From positions 32,001-96,000 of IMG/VR virus record IMGVR_UViG_3300014204_007089: a stretch of DNA of 64,000 nucleotides; one strand, written 5' to 3'. The DNA comes from a virus (lineage: Duplodnaviria > Caudoviricetes). Below are positions 60,040-64,000 of the stretch, one piece after another. The stretch's first letter is position 1. Every line of letters begins with the position of its first letter. The notes beneath the pieces are model-generated. The model ran no database searches. It was not told where the DNA came from and saw only the letters and a program-made list of their open reading frames with translations. Both the position numbers and the translations under genes were made by a program.

Positions 60040-61435
60040 GTCAACCACCCCCACCAAGCAAAGCTTGGTAGGGGCTTGTATCTACCAGACAATTGGTTAG
60101 TATCCCTTCAATTGCCCCGGAATTCAATCCAGGCGATAATTTAATAGTCGGATAATGTCTTTCAACATTATCAATCTTTTTCAGACTATTGTTTGGCTCA
60201 TTGACTGGAGCCTGCTCTTTCGAGATTTTTTCACTTATCCATAAGTCTCTAATATTCTTTGAAGCATTGAAATCTGCTCCATCTTTATGCCCACACTTTA
60301 TACAATGAAATTCACTTCCCTTGCGATTCTTGCGAGATATGTATCCGCAAGAATTGCATCTCTGACTTGTATATTGTGGATTTACATAATCTACTACCTT
60401 CCCAATTGCTTCAGCTTTGTATTTAGTATACATTTCCAATTGGTAGAAACTCCAATTAGAAATTCTCCTATTCATTCTTTTGCCCTTGGATTTCTTATTC
60501 ATCTTTGAAAGTTTTTCAAAGATGAAATATTGGAAAGGTAATTGCACTAGAGATTTAGAAATAATATGATTTTCATTTTGGCTGAACCGCTTTTCTCGTC
60601 CTGACAAAATACGTAAACGTGTTTTGGCAGCGCGAGTGCCTTTTGCCTGAAGCTTTTTCCTATTATAACTATTCTTTCTTTTTATTTTATTACGATGTTT
60701 TCCTGACACTTCCATACCATTAGAACAACTAATAGTATTAATTATTCCCCGATCAATACCCAGAACATCGCCTTCTGCATTTGCAGAAGGCTGGTCTGAA
60801 GTAAAGATTAGAGAAACAAAGAACTGTTGTTTTTGTTTCTCAAAGGTTAATTGCAGTCCTTTATATTTCCATTTATCTTTTCCATTAACTTTTTCAGTTA
60901 TTAAGTATTGGAAATATTTTGGAATTTCTATTATAGTTTTATAACGATAATTTTTAGTTAAAGTAGAAATTGTTAATAAATTTCCTCTTAAAGAAGAAGT
61001 TCTTAAATCAAATTGAACTCCTGAGGAATTCGATTTTGATGACTTAAATTTCCATGGTTTTTTCTTATTATTAGTTTTAATATTTCCAATAGCAGAATCT
61101 CTAATGGATTGAATAAGAGCAGAAGGAAGATCTGGGAATTGATTAGTAAGATCGGAATAAAGATCTACATGTACTTTTTTAGTATTAATTGATTTGTGCT
61201 CAAAGCACCAATCCACATGAGTATTATATACTTTAGAAGCCATATCCATAAGAGGTAAAAATTGATCTTTAGGAAGATCAATTTTTATCTTCATAGTTCT
61301 GGAAATAGTTTTCTTTTTAGATTTAGGATTTGGCATATAAAGTATTTTGACTCATGTTTGGAAAATGTAAAGGGCATTAATGCAATTCATCCCCCACCAA
61401 GACAAGCTTGGTAGGGGTTTTCTTGCATTGCTTTG
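60040..61435 (-). mobile_element. IS200/IS605-family element carrying tnpB only (element 2)
   Basis: Target TTTAT (61436-61440); CCCCTACCAAGC..TTGGTGGGG hairpin at both ends; right end GGTTGAC; no target duplication. Confidence 0.9.
60041..61336 (-). CDS. tnpB: TnpB RNA-guided endonuclease
   Basis: RuvC GIDRG, IFEKL and ADFNAS; YTSQRCNSCG...CIKCG zinc finger; ORF runs to the element right end. Confidence 0.9.
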   Translation of the reverse strand: MPNPKSKKKTISRTMKIKIDLPKDQFLPLMDMASKVYNTHVDWCFEHKSINTKKVHVDLYSDLTNQFPDLPSALIQSIRDSAIGNIKTNNKKKPWKFKSSKSNSSGVQFDLRTSSLRGNLLTISTLTKNYRYKTIIEIPKYFQYLITEKVNGKDKWKYKGLQLTFEKQKQQFFVSLIFTSDQPSANAEGDVLGIDRGIINTISCSNGMEVSGKHRNKIKRKNSYNRKKLQAKGTRAAKTRLRILSGREKRFSQNENHIISKSLVQLPFQYFIFEKLSKMNKKSKGKRMNRRISNWSFYQLEMYTKYKAEAIGKVVDYVNPQYTSQRCNSCGYISRKNRKGSEFHCIKCGHKDGADFNASKNIRDLWISEKISKEQAPVNEPNNSLKKIDNVERHYPTIKLSPGLNSGAIEGILTNCLVDTSPYQALLGGGG

Positions 61436-61541
61436 ATAAAGAAACCATTCCTTTTATCTTTAAAATAATTTTCAAATAATACCTGATCAACAGGTGGAGA
61501 CCATTGTCCATAAAATTTCCTATTAAAATCTAAACCAACTT

Positions 61542-61802
61542 TCATTTTACTGCTCCTTTTATTATTTCTATAATTTTTTCATCAATTGCATCTATAAGTT
61601 TATTGCGTTCCAAATTCAAATCACATAAATTATTTAATATATTTAACATATATTTTTTACTATCTATTGTTGTACAATATTTATTATCAAATTCTTCAAA
61701 AGTCATTCTCTTTATTTCATATAGAAATTCTTGATTTTCCCAAAGTTCATGATCTATTGTAGAAAGTTTATATATTAAATTACCAAAATTATTTTTATCC
61801 AT
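61542..61802 (-). CDS. Small helical protein, DUF4254-like; paralogue of the neighbouring gene
   Basis: GNLIYKLSTIDHELWENQE..YEI.RMTFEE...CDLNLERN.LID. Confidence 0.55.
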   Translation of the reverse strand: MDKNNFGNLIYKLSTIDHELWENQEFLYEIKRMTFEEFDNKYCTTIDSKKYMLNILNNLCDLNLERNKLIDAIDEKIIEIIKGAVK

Positions 61803-61804
61803 AA

Positions 61805-62113
61805 TTAATATGTCTTATGTTTTCTTTGAATAAATTTTCCATTGTCTAAATTTTCACCAGAAACTGCAGAATTTATTATTTCTACAATTTTTTCATCAAC
61901 CTCATCTATAAGTTGATTACGTTGATTATTCAAATCACATGCTTTTTTTAAAATATCCCAAAGTTTTTTTGCACCATCTTCTGTTTGCCAATACTTATTT
62001 TTATATTCTTCAAATGTCATTCTACGAATTTCATAAAGAATATCTTGATTATTCCACATTTTCAAATCTACTGTACATAATTTATCAATAATTCCGCCGA
62101 TCGTATCGCTCAT
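61805..62113 (-). CDS. Small helical protein, DUF4254-like
   Basis: DTIGGIIDKLCTVDLKMWNNQD...CDLNNQRNQLIDEVD. Confidence 0.6.
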   Translation of the reverse strand: MSDTIGGIIDKLCTVDLKMWNNQDILYEIRRMTFEEYKNKYWQTEDGAKKLWDILKKACDLNNQRNQLIDEVDEKIVEIINSAVSGENLDNGKFIQRKHKTY

Positions 62114-62119
62114 ATTTCC

Positions 62120-62593
62120 TCACAAAGTTTTAATTCCTAAATATTGTTTATTATCATAATAACTAAATTCATATCCAAAAGACTTATATAACCTAACTGC
62201 AGTAACATTATCTTTATAAACCTTTAATCTAATTTTTTCTGCTCCATTATTTTTTGCTGCTAAATGTAAAAAATTCATTAATAATTTAGAAAATCCTTTT
62301 CCACGGTAATTTTTACTTACATAAATACCCAAACAAGGAATTTTATATCCATTATCCCATCCTCTTAATAAACCATATGCAATAATTTGATCGTCTTTAT
62401 CAATATCACTATCTAACATAATATAATAAAGATCTTTTCCAACATAATCAGTACAAAGGTCATATGCAAATTCATATGTAAATTCATGAGGGTGAAATTT
62501 TTTATCTTCTTTTAACTCTATAATTTCATTAAATAATTTAATTAAAAGATTACAATGTTCAATGTTTGGATATAATATTTGTAATATTTTCAT
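62120..62593 (-). CDS. GNAT-family acetyltransferase
   Basis: LGIYVSKNYRGKGF and L.VYKDN..AV.LYKSFGY. Confidence 0.88.
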   Translation of the reverse strand: MKILQILYPNIEHCNLLIKLFNEIIELKEDKKFHPHEFTYEFAYDLCTDYVGKDLYYIMLDSDIDKDDQIIAYGLLRGWDNGYKIPCLGIYVSKNYRGKGFSKLLMNFLHLAAKNNGAEKIRLKVYKDNVTAVRLYKSFGYEFSYYDNKQYLGIKTL

Positions 62594-62623
62594 ATGTTTC
62601 CTGTATTATTATTGTTTTTTATA

Positions 62624-63274
62624 TTATTTAAATTCAATTTTATTTTTCTTTTTAATATTTTTAAAAGCCTCTAAAGGACGTAGATTTTCTAATGCCCAAC
62701 ATTTTTGAAAATTTTCTTCTTCCATTGAATTGTATGGAAGAAAAAATTGTGGAATTATATGATCAATATGCCATGTTTTTTTATTCTTATTAATTCTACC
62801 ATGATTATCCCAATTCATCCAAGGTTCCCATTGTTTTTCTAAATGTTGTTTAAATTCATTTATAGTATATGGAAGATATTGTAATATAGACTTGTCAGTT
62901 TTCGAAGAGTTTTGTTTTTTAAGTGCTTCGTTAATTAAGTGAGAAATATTATGACGCAAATTAAATGTTGGATCTTTTAATCTTCGTTTTTTTTGATAAT
63001 CTTTATTATATTCTAAAATTTTATTTTTATTTTTTAATTGATATTCTTTAATTTGTTCTTTATTATTAATATAATATTCTTTAGATTTTTCTTTAATTTT
63101 TTCTTTATTATTAATACTATATTGTTTCTTTTGTTTTAAAAACTGTTCTTTATTATTAATATAATATTCTTTTGTACATTGTTTACACTGATATTGCAAT
63201 CCATCTTTAGTAGATTTTTTTGTATGAAAATCAGATTTATTTTTTTCTATTTTACATTTATTACACATTTTCAT
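62624..63274 (-). CDS. HNH-type homing endonuclease-like protein with Zn-finger and KEYYINNKE repeats
   Basis: CNKC...CKQC; WHIDHIIP...NLRPL...N. Confidence 0.75.
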   Translation of the reverse strand: MKMCNKCKIEKNKSDFHTKKSTKDGLQYQCKQCTKEYYINNKEQFLKQKKQYSINNKEKIKEKSKEYYINNKEQIKEYQLKNKNKILEYNKDYQKKRRLKDPTFNLRHNISHLINEALKKQNSSKTDKSILQYLPYTINEFKQHLEKQWEPWMNWDNHGRINKNKKTWHIDHIIPQFFLPYNSMEEENFQKCWALENLRPLEAFKNIKKKNKIEFK

Positions 63275-63963
63275 ATATTTTTTGTATCATTGTTTTCAAA
63301 AATAGCTTTATATAAAGCATAATCTTGATTATTAATTTCTAAAATATAATCATTTAATTCTTTCAAATATGAATTAGAATATTCTATATTATTTTTATTA
63401 GAAATATTTAAATAATTAACTTTTATTAATGGTGATACTTTAAGAAAATTACTTAATTTATTATAAAATTCATTCATATTCTCAAAACATCCAACAATTA
63501 TATAATTTTTTTTAATATTATTTAATGCATCAATCCAATTTTCATTTTCACGATTATTGTTTAACATTTTTACTTGTAAATTTGAAATTTCTCCATTATT
63601 AATATTATATAATGAATGTGCAAATGTTAAAGGGTCACTATTAATAATATATTTATGTGAATAATGATTTTTATTATTTAATACATGATTATAATATGAT
63701 ATAAATCTAGAAATAGGATTTCTCATTACTGAAATATAAACTGGAACTTTTCCATTAAAATCTTTAGGATTATCACCATAATACTGATGACCACCAAAAC
63801 CTTTATATAAAGAAAAATTTTGATTATCAATAATATTTGGAGATATAATTGTTAAATAATTATCATTAAATGCTCGCAAAAGCCAATCATGAAGTGATGT
63901 CCCGCCACATTTTGGAATGTGTGTATATATTAATATTTCATTATTTTGGTCAAAAGTTTTCAT
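63271..63963 (-). CDS. Sulfotransferase family protein (paralogue of 56237..56923)
   Basis: YTHIPKCGGTS and MRNPISRFISYY. Confidence 0.8.
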   Translation of the reverse strand: MKTFDQNNEILIYTHIPKCGGTSLHDWLLRAFNDNYLTIISPNIIDNQNFSLYKGFGGHQYYGDNPKDFNGKVPVYISVMRNPISRFISYYNHVLNNKNHYSHKYIINSDPLTFAHSLYNINNGEISNLQVKMLNNNRENENWIDALNNIKKNYIIVGCFENMNEFYNKLSNFLKVSPLIKVNYLNISNKNNIEYSNSYLKELNDYILEINNQDYALYKAIFENNDTKNI

Positions 63964-64000
63964 ATATTATTTTCTATTATTTTAAATATAAGCATTGGAT

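Larger units (their letters stand above)
59391..61545 (-). pseudogene. FkbM-family methyltransferase interrupted by tnpB element 2
   Basis: 5' part MKVGLDFNRKFYGQWSPPVDQVLFENYFKDKRNGFF(I) at 61545-61436 plus 3' part EAGAVDG...CLDVEGFE at 60039-59391. Removing the element restores GFFIEAGAVDG in frame (252 aa). Confidence 0.85.

Noticed and set aside
111-60508. Other short plus-strand ORFs in the track (e.g. 111, 4760, 15258, 19206, 20546, 23704, 24504, 25300, 26387, 35955, 40928, 45275, 49834, 50598, 55663, 60287)
   Set aside because: They lie antisense to convincing minus-strand genes and show no recognisable motifs
60040-61435. IStron (group I intron plus IS) explanation for the FkbM insertion
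   Set aside because: Only ~100 nt separate the left end from tnpB, too short for a group I core; no intron motifs recognised
1-64000. tRNA/rRNA genes, alternative genetic code, DGR template/variable repeats
   Set aside because: No cloverleaf or rRNA-like segments seen; TAA, TAG and TGA all end well-defined genes; no reverse transcriptase or adenine-specific repeat pair seen, and the shared fibre C-termini are diverged at all positions

Overview
AT-rich 64-kb segment of a large contractile-tailed (jumbo/myovirus-like) phage genome. Every credible protein gene is on the minus strand. Bases 1-33.5 kb are a virion morphogenesis module: putative baseplate hub, tape measure, tail chaperones, tube, sheath, neck proteins and three very large fibre/spike proteins, interspersed with a LAGLIDADG endonuclease, an HNH protein, a cold-shock protein and a cysteine desulfurase. 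Bases 33.6-48.5 kb hold metabolism and replication genes: Met aminopeptidase, class II RNR with an intein, a sigma factor, DnaB with a class-3 intein, a DnaC-like ATPase, an SF2 helicase and a tubulin/FtsZ-family GTPase. Bases 49-64 kb are a sugar-nucleotide and glycan-tailoring cluster: RfbB-like dehydratase, fcl, gmd, sugar C-methyltransferase, two disrupted FkbM methyltransferases, two sulfotransferases, glycosyltransferase-like proteins and a GNAT. There are two IS200/IS605 TnpB elements and four non-autonomous copies (262-310 bp and 50 bp). The most striking unexplained signal is the tripeptide Asp-Gly-Tyr (DGY). I count about 36 copies by eye in eight virion-module proteins, with varied codons, and none in the non-virion half. 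It may be a sequon or docking motif for a phage-encoded virion-modification system, possibly linked to the glycan/sulfation cluster (inference). Two candidate promoter classes and a +1/-2 tail-chaperone frameshift are also visible.
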